Assembly (NCBI RefSeq): GCF_004010195.1
Contig: NC_057718.1
Span: 27,911,974 to 27,975,973 of the forward strand
Direction: 5' to 3'
Origin: Chiloscyllium plagiosum
Lineage: Eukaryota
Length of the DNA: 64,000 bases
Part shown: in pieces, positions 23,100 through 34,019 of the stretch
How the letters are laid out: each line of letters begins with the position of its first letter
How positions within the stretch are numbered: the stretch's first letter is position 1
The notes under the pieces: generated by a model
What the model saw: the letters and a program-made list of their open reading frames with translations, nothing else
Databases searched by the model: none
Told to the model about the DNA's origin: nothing
Position numbers and translations under genes: made by a program

Positions 23100-24430
23100 A
23101 CAATTTGATCATGAGGATAAATCCTGCAAGTCATGACTATGATATTATCGAATTTGATGTTAGGATTGAGATGGAGAAGGGAGATTTAAGGCAAATTGTA
23201 ATGCAAGGAGAAAGGATTTGATCACAGTAAACTGTGCTGAAAGGCATTTAGACACTGACTGAATTTACATGATTAGAAATATTTAATACAATACAAAAAC
23301 GGTAAACATCGTGAGAAGGTAAAGGCTCTGTTTGTATAGTTAAGTGTGGCCTACAAAGGAGTTGAGGCACTATCAAAGTAAAAGGAAAGGCTTAGACTAA
23401 TAGTGATAAATAGTTATAGAAAGTTGCAAAGACATGCAAAAGAATTAGTATATAGTACAAAAAGGATAATTAAACAAAACTATTGCCAAAAGCATTTTAA
23501 TTATAACTGGATGAGTGGTAAAAGGGTTTGTGGGTCTATTAAAATAAAGACACAGACCAGACCAACGTGGAAAATAAAGAAATGGTAGACTTGTTAATTC
23601 ATTCCTAATCTGTTGTTACAGTGGAGAATGGATATAATAACTGATTACAAAGAAACCTAACAAAATAAGTCAGAGTATGGAAACTTTGTAGATGTAATTA
23701 TTTTTTCAAAAGGTGGCACTGGAGGAAGCATTTTGAAGGGTTTAACAGGTTTAATTCCAAAGTATTGAAAAAATATTGATTAAATTGTAAATGTATGGTT
23801 CAAAATATCCCCAAAGCCTTTTGGATTCTGAAATGTTGCATTTGGATTGAAAGATTGCAAATGTTATTTAATTAAGAAGTGAACATTATAAATCCAGTTA
23901 ATTCATTTTGAGTATGGGAAGTTCCTGTTCATTTTAAACTAGCTGTGCACTTGAACAGGCATGAGCTGATCAGGAAGTTTAGTTAAATGTTTTTGAGACT
24001 AGCAAAATGAAGGATGTTGTCTGTCATTTTTTTTGTCATGGACTATCAGAAGGTTTCTTTGATTGCACACCAGTTTATCAGTGAATATTTTTTTAATCAA
24101 TCTGTTCAGACAAGTCATGACACACCACTGTAACAGGTTGGACTTCAACCCAGCATTCTGGCCCAGAAGTAGGGACAACTGTAACTGTGTCATATTTATT
24201 ACTAAATAAATGAAAACAGTGCAGTGGAAACAATCCTGTTATATGGGTTAGTAGTTGATGGGAAGTGAGATAGGTGAAGGGAATGCGCTCTGGGTGGCTT
24301 TGACAGATGGGATTATATGTTGATCGTGTCTTTGTGTATTAATGACTTGGATGAAGTTGCAGAGAGAAGACTAAATTAGGAGGCAGGAGTAGTAAGTAGA
24401 TGGGAGCAGGAAATTACATTAACAGGTGGA
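23100..24430 (+). mobile_element. Very degraded CR1 ORF2 remnant
   Basis: Weak similarity to 54745-55344 (gaaataaagaaatgg, ttggattgaaagattgcaaatgt, attaatgacttggatga). Confidence 0.55.
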
Positions 24431-24516
24431 ATATACAAAAAAAATTACACAGTTCAAGGATTCAGATTTTAGTTTTTAATGGATTTCTGGAATTTTTTTA
24501 AAAGGCAGTCAATAAA

Positions 24517-24680
24517 GTAAAAACAAAAGAATTGTAGATGCTGGAAATCTGAAACAAAAACAAAAATTGTTGGTTCAGTTCTAAAGAACAGTCACTGGAC
24601 CTGAAATGTTACCTCTGCTTTTTCTCCACAGATACTGCCGGACCTGTTGGTTTCTCTTTTTCTGTTGGTTTCTGTTTTTT
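24517..24680. mobile_element. Old fold-back PLE remnant with degenerate hammerhead
   Basis: agttctaaagaacagtcactggacctgaaatgttacct matches 40117-40154. Confidence 0.7.
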
Positions 24681-24812
24681 GCTTTGATAAAGCGTGATAC
24701 TTAATTTTAGTTAGTTCCTCCTAGCTGTACATGAAATATATTTTATTTTCTGATCAGGATATGCAAACGTTAAGTCCTGTGTAGTTCTAATGGTTAGTAG
24801 TTGCTACTTTCC

Positions 24813-25557
24813 TGTCATAGAGTCATAGAGATGTACAGCATGGAAACAGACCCTTCGGTCCAACCCATCCATGCCGACCAGATATTTCAACCCTATCCAG
24901 TCCCACCTGCCAGCATCCGGCCCAGATCCCTCCAAACCCTTCCTATTCATATACCCATCCAAATGCCTCTTAAATGTTGCAATTGTACCAGCCTCCACCA
25001 CTTCCTCTGGCAGCTCATTCCATACCTATACCACCCTCTGCGTGAAAAAGTTACCCCTTATGTCTTTTTATATCTTTTCCCTCTCATCCTAAACCTACGA
25101 CCTCTAGTTCTGGACTCCCCGACCCCAGGGAAAAGACTTTGTCTATTTACCCTATCCATGCCCCTCATAATTTTGTAAACCTCTATAAGGTCACCCCTCA
25201 GCCTCTGATGCTCCAGGGAAAACAGCCCCAGCCCGTTCAGCCTCTCCCTGTAGCTCAAATCCTTCAACCCTGGCAACATCATTGTAAATTTTTTCTGAAC
25301 CCTTTCAAGTTTCGCAACATCTTTCTGATAGGAAGGTGATCAGAATTGCATGCAATATTTCAATAGTGGCCTAACCAATATCCTGTACAGCCGCAACATG
25401 ACCTCCCAACTCCTGAACTCAAGACTCTGACCAATAAAGGAAAGCATACCAAACACCGCCTTCACTATCCTATCTACCTGCGACTTCACTTTGAAGGAGC
25501 TGTGAACCTGCACTTCAAGGTCTCTTTGTTCAGCAATATTCCCTAGGACCTCATTCA
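24813..25557 (-). mobile_element. CR1 (HER1-like) LINE, 5'-truncated, young
   Basis: Reverse-complement match to 20700-21440 and 61960-62705; (gagtcata)n tail. Confidence 0.95.
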
Positions 25558-25978
25558 ATCCCCTAGGAAAGGGGGTGAAGCTTCTTGCATATCGGGTCGG
25601 TTTTATGCTTCTCCAGGAAGAAGTACGTTGGCTATGTGGAATATGTTGACCACGAGGATCTGTGTAAATGTGCCTCTGCTTGGAAAAACAGTGATTTTAC
25701 ATTTCAGTGTCCTGAATAATCACTTGCTCTTTGAGCAGAACTTAAACCTTTCATATCATCCATTTAGAGTCATATAGCATAGAAGCAAGCCCTTTGGTCC
25801 AACTTGTCTGTGGCAGACAGACATCCCAATCTGACCTTAGTCCCATTTGCCAACATTTGAATCATATCCCTTTAACCCCTCTTATTCATATGCGAGTCGA
25901 GTGTGTGGTGCAGGAAAAGCATAGCTGGTCAGGCAGTGTGAGAGGAGTGGGAGAATTGACATTTCGCGCATAAGCTCT

Positions 25979-26571
25979 GGATATAGGTTTGCTCGCTGAG
26001 CTGGAAGGCTTGTTTTCAGATGATTCGTCACCATACTAGGTAACATTTTCAGTGAGCCTCTGGATGAAGCAGGTGGTGTAGCCTGCTTTCTATTTATATG
26101 TTTAGGTTTCTGACATCATTTCCTATGGTGATGTAATTTCCTGCTCTTTTTCTCAGGAGGTGGTAAATGAGATCCAAGTCAGTGTGTTTGTTAGATTTCC
26201 GGAATTCTAGGAATTCTCGTGCGTGTCTCTGTTTGGCTTGTCCGAGGATAGATGAGTTGTCCCAGTCTCAATGGTGTCCTTCCTCATCCATATGTAAGGA
26301 TACTAGTGAGAGTGTCTTTTTGTGGCTAGTTAACATTCATGTATCCTGGTGGCTAGTTTTCTGCCTGTTTGTCCAATGTAGTGTTTGTTACAGTTCTTGT
26401 GAGGTATTTTGTTAATGACATTTATGGGCTACACTACCAGTGCTTCATCTGGAGGCTGACTGAAGATGTTACCTAGTATGGTGACGAAACATCTGAAAAC
26501 GAACCTTCCAGCTCGGTGAGCAAACCTACATCCAGAACCTCTGCCTATGCTACAAATCTCAAAGCTCGCGA
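25979..26571 (-). mobile_element. Penelope/Poseidon-type PLE 3' part with inverted terminal repeat
   Basis: Reverse strand KIPHKNCNKHYIGQTGRKLATRIHE...ILGQAKQRHAREFLE (GIY-YIG); inverted repeats 25979-26082 / 26428-26533; gcataagctct duplicated at 25968-25978 / 26572-26582. Confidence 0.9.
26456..26497 (+). ncRNA. Hammerhead motif of the Poseidon-type PLE (near-intact)
   Basis: CUGAAGA (26460-26466) U GUUACC-UAGUAU-GGUGAC GAAA CAUC. Confidence 0.65.
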
Positions 26572-27229
26572 GCATAAGCTCTTCATCAGGAATGCTTCAT
26601 TTCTGATGAAGAGCTTATGCTCAAAATGTTCCTTTTCCTGCTTCCTGGTTGTTGTTTGACTGGCTGTGCTTTTCCAGCACGACGCTTGAATCTGATGTCC
26701 AGCATCTGCAGTCCTCATGTTCTCCCTTGCTATTCTGGGTTTGGACTTTTTTTTTCCCCCCACCCCTGGGAGAAAGACCCTGGAAATTTACTTTAGCCAT
26801 GCTCCTCATGATTTTATAAACCTCTATAAGGTCATTCTTCATCCTCAGATACTCCAGGGGGAAAAAAGCACCAACCTATTTAGCCCCTCACTATAACTCA
26901 AACTCTTCAGTCCTGGCAACATCTTTGTATGTCTTTTCTGCATCCTCTCCTGTTTCATCCCATCCTTCCTATATAAGGAAATTTGTGTGCAAAATCAGTT
27001 TAGAAAGTTATCATTGGGACACTTTTCTTGCCTTGTGCTGATGCTGCAGTTCATTTATGGCATTTGAATAACACTACTGCAAATGTAGCCCTGCTGCTTT
27101 GATAAATTGATGCTTCAACTTGCTCAAATGTCCCTCAATGCTTTTCCAGTGGTATAAAAGTTTGGGGAGTATAGCTGTTAATTTAATGTACTTGTGTCCC
27201 TTTTTTACTTTGCTTTAGAGGTTTGATTA

Positions 27230-28500
27230 GGGATAATCGGCATTTTGTTTTCCCAGCAGGAGATCTTGGCTGACAAATCTAGTGACCTATTTCAAGGAGG
27301 TGACCAAGTGGGTAGATGAGGGTACGGCAGTGGATGTAGTTTCACAAAAATTTCAGCAAGGCCTTTGACAAGGTCCTATATGGGAAACCGATGAAGGGAA
27401 AAGCAATAGGATTAAGAGTAACTTGGCATGTTGGATCCAAAATTACTTTAGTGGCAGGAGAGAGACGGTACTGGTAGAAGGCTGATTGAGTGACTGAAGC
27501 CTAGTGTGTGATGGCATGCTACAGGGATCACTGCTGGGTCCTTTATTGATTTTTGATATTCATAAATGATGTCGATGAGAGTGTGGAGGGATTGATAAGT
27601 TGCGGATGATGTAAAGCTTGTCTGGTTGGATAACCGTGATGAGGAAGATTTTAGTTTACAAGAGTAAATGAGTTGGGCGAATCAGTGGCAAATGGAATTT
27701 AACCTTGACAAATGTGAGCTGATGTATTTTGGAAGAAAGCACAAGACAAGGAAGTACTTAGTCATTGGCAGGATACTAGGAAACTCAAGAACATAGTGAT
27801 CTTGGCGTGCTTGTCCACAGGTCCTTGAAGTGGCAGGACAAGTGAATGGGGTGGATAAGGCATAGGGGGCATAGATTTACAACAGCAGGGAGGACATGTT
27901 GGACCTGTACAAAACTTTGAGTAGAACATACTACTTCAGCTATGTTGAGTTCTAGTCATCACCCTATTGGAAGGATGTGATTGCATTGGAGGATTTGGGC
28001 AAGAGATTCATCATTATGTAGCCTGGAATAGAAAACTTTGGCTAGGTAGAGTGGCTGGATAAGCTCAATTCATTTTCTTCAGAGCACGGATGATTGAGAG
28101 GGAACCCCTAGGGGGTATATAAAATTGAGGAGTGTGTACAAGGTGAATCAAAGCAGCTGTACCCTAAGTTGAAGGATCAATAACCAGGAATCATAATTTT
28201 AAAGTGAAAGGCAAGAGATTTAGAGTGGATTTGAGGAAAAACTCTTTTTCTCCCAGAGGGTGATGGGGATCTGGAGAGATATTCATAAGGCGAGTAGTTG
28301 AGGTGGATAACCTCAGAACCTTTTAAAAAGTACTTGGTTGAGCATTTGCAATGTTATAACATTCAAGGCTATGGCCAAGTGAGGGAAAGTGGGATGAATG
28401 TAGATTGACTCTATACCCCCAAAAATACACAATGAGCTGGAGGGCCAAGTCTGTACAGGAGAAAGTGAGGACTGCAGATACTGGAGATCAATATGAAATG
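27230..28500 (+). mobile_element. Degraded CR1 LINE ending with a truncated PLE arm (28458-28500)
   Basis: FSKAFDKV, QGSLLGP and WQMEFNLDKCE motifs. Confidence 0.85.
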
Positions 28501-30086
28501 AAATGTAATCCAATTCAGTCAGATGTCTTCATGATGATGATGGTAATATTCAGTCTTTTAATGAGAATCAAGTAAGGTAATGGCAAAAACTACTTTTTAG
28601 GGGCTGTTAGTTTTTGCTCCTTATGTTATTGGATAACATGGACACTTATTTTACCCTCCCTAATTGCCGTATGTCCCCTTCCTCTTTTTAGGCACTCATA
28701 TAAACCTATCTTTGCTTATCAATCCTAATATTCCCTTACGTAACGTAGTGTCAAATTTGGGTTGATAACATTTCTGTGAAGTGCCTTGTAATGTTTTAAA
28801 ATCTCATAGAATTGACATTTAAGATGCTGAAGTCACTGTTTTTGTGCGTTCTTCTGATGCTTTCCCTATCAACCCCATTTGTTCCTTTTTCTGTGGCATT
28901 GGGTACTCTGCACATTTGCACACATAGTGGTATTTTAGCTCAAATGATTATTAATTTGACAAGGAAGTGTCAAGACATCGCATCTACACCCATGGGGGTA
29001 GTTTGACTTTCTTTTCTCTCCCTTCTTAGTTCAAGTGTGCTGTCCAAATGAGATCAAAATAGAATTTGATTCAAATCTTGAATCTACTTTGTATGCTTTT
29101 AGTAATATATCGAATGATGCGATATCCATTGGGCCTTTTAGCAGTGACGTGCTGCTTTTTAATTCAATATTTTGCTTGCAATGTTCATTCACCATTTTGT
29201 AGAACCATGAGTTCTTATCAACTATACCGGAGTATTAATTCTATGAATTGTCAGAAGTATCTTATGGTTGGTCTGAATGGAGTTCATTTTGGACAGTAAT
29301 GAAAGATTGCAGCTGATTTAATTCATTTTTTTGAATTTGAACTCTGCTAACAATTTTTCGCTTTCCTTCTCTAAGTTATCAGGTAAGTTCAAGATAAAAG
29401 CTTTATCCAGATACTCCCTTTTTATTGAAATAAATCCTGTACTTTGTTACTTTTTAAAATAATTTATTAGGTCTTAAATCATGAACTTTTGAAATATTAG
29501 CTACTTAGTTTGTTATCATTTGGGAAATAGCATGATTATGGTAAGAGTACCCAACCATAAATGCATGAAGAAAGCATTAATACTGTTAAATTGAAATAAT
29601 TATCAATATTTCGCATCAGCTGTTACATATCTAATATGCTTTAATCTTTTAATACAAACTAAAAATCTTCCATCCATTTATTAACTCTAGATTTTTGCTG
29701 CAGTTGTCTTTCTGATGTTAAATGCTCCATTCACTATAAGCCTCTTTGTGAAACACATCCTGGTTTGATCGTCACCATCCTGGTAAACTTGGTGGGTTTC
29801 TTCTTTTCTCCCTGCATCAGTTTAAAACTCATTATCCTTATCTTTAGATCCCTGCATGGAAATTATATATCTTCCACAGATATTTCTCTCCCACCACTAA
29901 TTTTTGTCTTATGAGTTGTTAACAAGTAGTGACAGAGCCAGAATGATCCACTGTCCTTTCTACAAAGTCTTCCCCTCAAATCCCCAGCTATTTTCTTTTT
30001 GCTGTCTTTAAGAACTGCCTTGAAATTCAGTGTTAATAAATCATTATTGGCTCATGGGAATTTCATAGAAGGCCATTTGTAGTTCA

Positions 30087-30183
30087 GAGCTGAAAATGTG
30101 TTGCTGGAAAAGCGCAGCAGGTCAGGCAGCATCCAGCAACACATTTCAGCTCTGATCTCCAGCATCTGCAGTCCTCACTTTCT
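30087..30183. mobile_element. Smallest fold-back PLE micro-insertion
   Basis: Perfect 14-bp TSD ccatttgtagttca at 30073-30086 / 30184-30197. Confidence 0.92.
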
Positions 30184-31079
30184 CCATTTGTAGTTCATCC
30201 CTAATTCTTAAAGGAAGTCATGAACTTCCAAAGTTCTGTTAAGTACAGGATTTTGACTTTGTGATGACAAAGCATGAATAAATCTCTAATTTAGGATAGC
30301 TTGTGACTTGGAAATAGTTTTGTTTTCATGCGCTTGCTGCCCTTTTCCTTCTCGGTAATGAAATTTGCAAGTTCAGCAAATGAATTGAAGAATGTTTGGC
30401 AAGTTGTTAGTATGTCTTGTGGATCGGATAAAGCTGTAGCGATAATGTGACAATGATGAAGGGGTTGGATTAATTGCCATTCAGTTGGTTTGCCTTGTTG
30501 TGGAAGATGTTAAGCTTCTTCAAAGTTCTGCATTTGCAGCTGAATGGAAAGATCTTTTCAGTTGTGCCTTTTGGAGAGACATTGGGAAACTGGGTGATTC
30601 ACTTGCCACACATTATCCAACATACTTTTGTATTTGCAGTATTCATGTGCTGGATCCTGTTGAGTTTCTGGATAATGGCAGCTTGCAGGAAATTAATAAG
30701 AACACAGCACTGGCAATGCCATTTAATGTCAAAGGCAGATGAATAAACTTGTTAGATGCTGGTCCAGTACAAATGTTACTTTTAATGATCAACCTGAATG
30801 TTGTCTTTGTAATACTGCAGGCAAGCACAGACTGCTTCATTATCTGGAGATTTAGCAATCGAACGGAACCCTGTAACTTTTGAAAAGTGGGGACGCTTTT
30901 TACCTTAGATGGTGCTAAGGTCATTAATGAAGCAGCTGAACATGGTTATACTTATAATATCGTCCTCCAAATGTGCTTGAGCCAAGTATTTGATGTCCCA
31001 GACATTAGCAAATATCGCTGTACAAATGAGATTCTGGCTTCTGGGGTGCTCCTTTTCCACCTCTACCCTCACTGTATTT

Positions 31080-31285
31080 GTCCTTTGCTCTCTCTCCCTC
31101 TCTGTCCTCCTCCTCCTCCCTCTCCCTCCTCGTCGTCTTCCTCCCCTCCCCCTCTCTGTCCTCCATCTCACCATCTCTATTCTCCCACTCACACTCTCCC
31201 TTTATTCTCCTCCATCTTCCTCTATTCTCCTCGTCGTCATCCTCCTCTCTCTCCTTATGTTCTCCTGCCCCACCCCACTTCACCT
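31080..31285. repeat. CT-rich low-complexity (polypyrimidine) tract
   Basis: Directly visible. Confidence 0.9.
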
Positions 31286-31392
31286 TAACCTATCATCGTT
31301 GACTTGAGTTTTATCAGGGTTGGTTGATGGCACCCTCTGTCAAAGCTACTTCTATATCAAGCTGTTACTTGTACCCTGTCAAGAATTTAACT

Positions 31393-31985
31393 ATGATGTA
31401 GAGATGCCAGTGTTGGACTGGGGTGGGCAAAGATTTTAAAAAATCACACCCCAGGTTATAGTCCAACAGGTTTATTTGGAAGTAAAAGCTTTTGAAGTGC
31501 TGTGAATGTAAATTCCCCCCCCCCCCCCCCCCCCCAAAACACCCCCACACTCAGGTACACACCCTCTCACAGACAGATACTCGGTCACACTCACGCACAC
31601 ACTATCAAGCATGCACATGCACAAGCTCACACTGTCACACCCAACTCCCTCCCACACATGCACACACCCACTCACTCCCCCCCAAATGTGCACACATATA
31701 AGTCTATGGGGTGAATTTGTATTTGTAGGTACATTCTATTTGTTCAAAAAATACACAATCTGTAGGCAGTCAGCCTGTGTGATGTTTTAGAAATTCCTAC
31801 TTTGAAAATCGAACCAGTCTGACTCAAGGTTAGATTACAGACAGATTCTAACCTCACACCCTTTAACTTATTGTCTGAGCTGAGGTGCCACCTTATTTCT
31901 AATAAAACCTTAAGTTATTTCAGGACTGTGACTTGAAAGAAGTTCTTGGATTTACACATTAATTACTCAAACCTGCATCCCCATT
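31393..31985. mobile_element. Probable terminal / 3' UTR fragment of another PLE family, with a C22 run and CA-rich tract
   Basis: gtagagatgccagtgttggactggggtgggcaaag...gtccaacaggtttatttgg resembles a shark PLE terminus as I recall it; no coding motif seen. Confidence 0.45.
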
Positions 31986-32210
31986 TATGAATGTGTATAG
32001 GGTATGAGCAGGTAGGGAAAGAGTTCAGTCCTGAGTTTTGTGACACGAGGTTCAGCTAAGCATGACTCAGATCAGATAAGAACTTACAGTTAATAATAGA
32101 TACTGGAGGCAAGGGTAATGGGTTAATAGGGTGGATAAGCATAATTATATAGAGCCATTTAACAATATTGGAAACAATCAGCATGTGAGGTCAGTTTAAC
32201 AAGGTGAAAA

Positions 32211-32378
32211 GTCGGACCTTGCAGGAAATGCTTCCAAAATGCGTTACCCTCACCACTTGCAACTTGTCATCATGGAATTGAAGAGTTACATTCCTTAATC
32301 AAGGCTACCATTGTTGGTGGTGGAGTCATTCCTCACATTCACAAATCCCTGATTGGCCAGAAAGGATGACAGAAGCTT
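32211..32378 (+). pseudogene. Histone H2A.Z processed pseudogene fragment
   Basis: DLAGNASK / HHLQLVI / [31 protein letters not shown] versus H2A.Z ELAGNASK...[42 protein letters not shown]; carries indels and TGA at 32367-32369. Confidence 0.92.
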
Positions 32379-32769
32379 CCTTTTTGGTTTATTATTCTCG
32401 GGATTCCATCTTCAAATAATCAACTGTAGAATGTCAGTGGATCTGACTGAAAAGACATTGCACTTCTTGAAAATATGATTGCAAGAACATTTTATCTCAA
32501 TATTTGGGGCAGTAAGGGTGGTCTTTTTAAAAAAAATAAAGCTCAATAATCAAACTTCCATGTGTACTAGTCTGGGAAAGCCAAATCTGGGAATATCGCC
32601 AAGGTGGAACCATATCTAAGTGACCTGAAGTTGTTTTCTGGTTACCGCCTTTTCATAGCACCCTGTTGCAGTGTTTTAAATGGAGGAAGACTTCACCTCT
32701 TATATTACTTTTATTTTTGAAGTAGATTTAAATCTGTATGATTGGTTCTGACTCTTAGTTCTGTCTACG

Positions 32770-33140
32770 GTGTATGAAGTTTTCAATAAAATGTATTAAA
32801 TGTCAAAAAGATCTCAATCAATTCTCCCAGTATCAGACCTATGTTTCTGCTGGGATCAAGTATAACCTTGGTGGCACCCATCTCAATGCTGCAGGAAACT
32901 TCTTGTATGTTGATAGCCTGCTCTCCAGCATTGCCATATTGATGTATAACCACACACGTATACAGAAATCAAGACTAAATTCAATTTTGTCCAGGCCATC
33001 ATCTTTACCACCCTGCTTCGTGGTAAAGTGTGATCATAGGACATGAGCTCAACATTGTAATTTCAACTTCACTGGGCCGGACATGTTTCTCATGAGGATG
33101 GCTACAGAAAATGCAAAAGCAGATCTTCTATGAGGAAGTA
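32770..33140 (+). mobile_element. Degraded RTE LINE remnant
   Basis: LNAAGNFLYVDSLLSS, VQAIIFTTLL and LHWAGHVS motifs. Confidence 0.6.
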
Positions 33141-34019
33141 TGTTGATTCAGATTACATGTGTGTAGTGTGTAAGCAATATGAGGGAACCCTTAAGGGAAA
33201 AAAAAGCTTTATGTACTTCTGCTTTGCAGGCCAGCCTTCCCTTTGTAAAATACTGTAGCCAACAGGCCCACGTGGAGACTTAGTTCAGTCTATTTTAATA
33301 CCCAAAGAAATGCCAGAGGTGTTACACTGTCGGAGTTTCACCCAAGTACCAACAATGATACTATGAATCGCCAGTTTGTAAACATCTGTGCCAGTCCTGT
33401 ATTGGACTCTGGCCGACCTGAAAGTGAGGATGGTGATCATTTAGTTTCAGCGTACATCAACAATGTCGATTCTACCCTGAGAGGTGTCTTGTTAAGTTTA
33501 CATCAACACAGCGGTATTTAATAAAAATATGTTTTGGGGAAATGAGCTAAACAAATCCATACTGATTGTTATTTTGTTTTTCTGGAGACAACACGTGTTT
33601 AATTGACCTTATCTCTTTTTTTTTAAGGAATTATTAAAGAATTCCTGATTGTTCACTCTGAACTTTTAAAATTATTTAATAATCAAATTAAATTTGTGGT
33701 ACCTGTTCTCAGTGTCTACATGCTGGACAATTCTGCACTTGCGTTTTTTTGACAAGCGCACTGACCAATACTTCAAATTAAGTAGAATTTTAAACATGGA
33801 ATTTAAACAAAGAGAAAATGAATTATTTCTCGTGTCTTGAGCAATGTTTATCGACATAATGAGCATTCATCAAATAAGATTATCTGGTCATTTATCAATT
33901 TTGTACATTGGCTGATGTGTTCTCTCTTATAAAACTCATAGAAATTCATCGGCAAAAGTAAATACATCAGCTCTAAAACAAATTGTGATATCTAGTCAGG
34001 AAGATGTTTTCATTAATCG

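Larger units (their letters stand above)
25765..26975 (-). mobile_element. CR1 3' fragment containing nested PLEs
   Basis: CR1 tail at 25765-25890 and continuation at 26730-26975. Confidence 0.8.

Noticed and set aside
30887..31307. Ser/Pro- or Glu/Arg-rich ORFs
   Set aside because: Translations of a CT-rich low-complexity tract.
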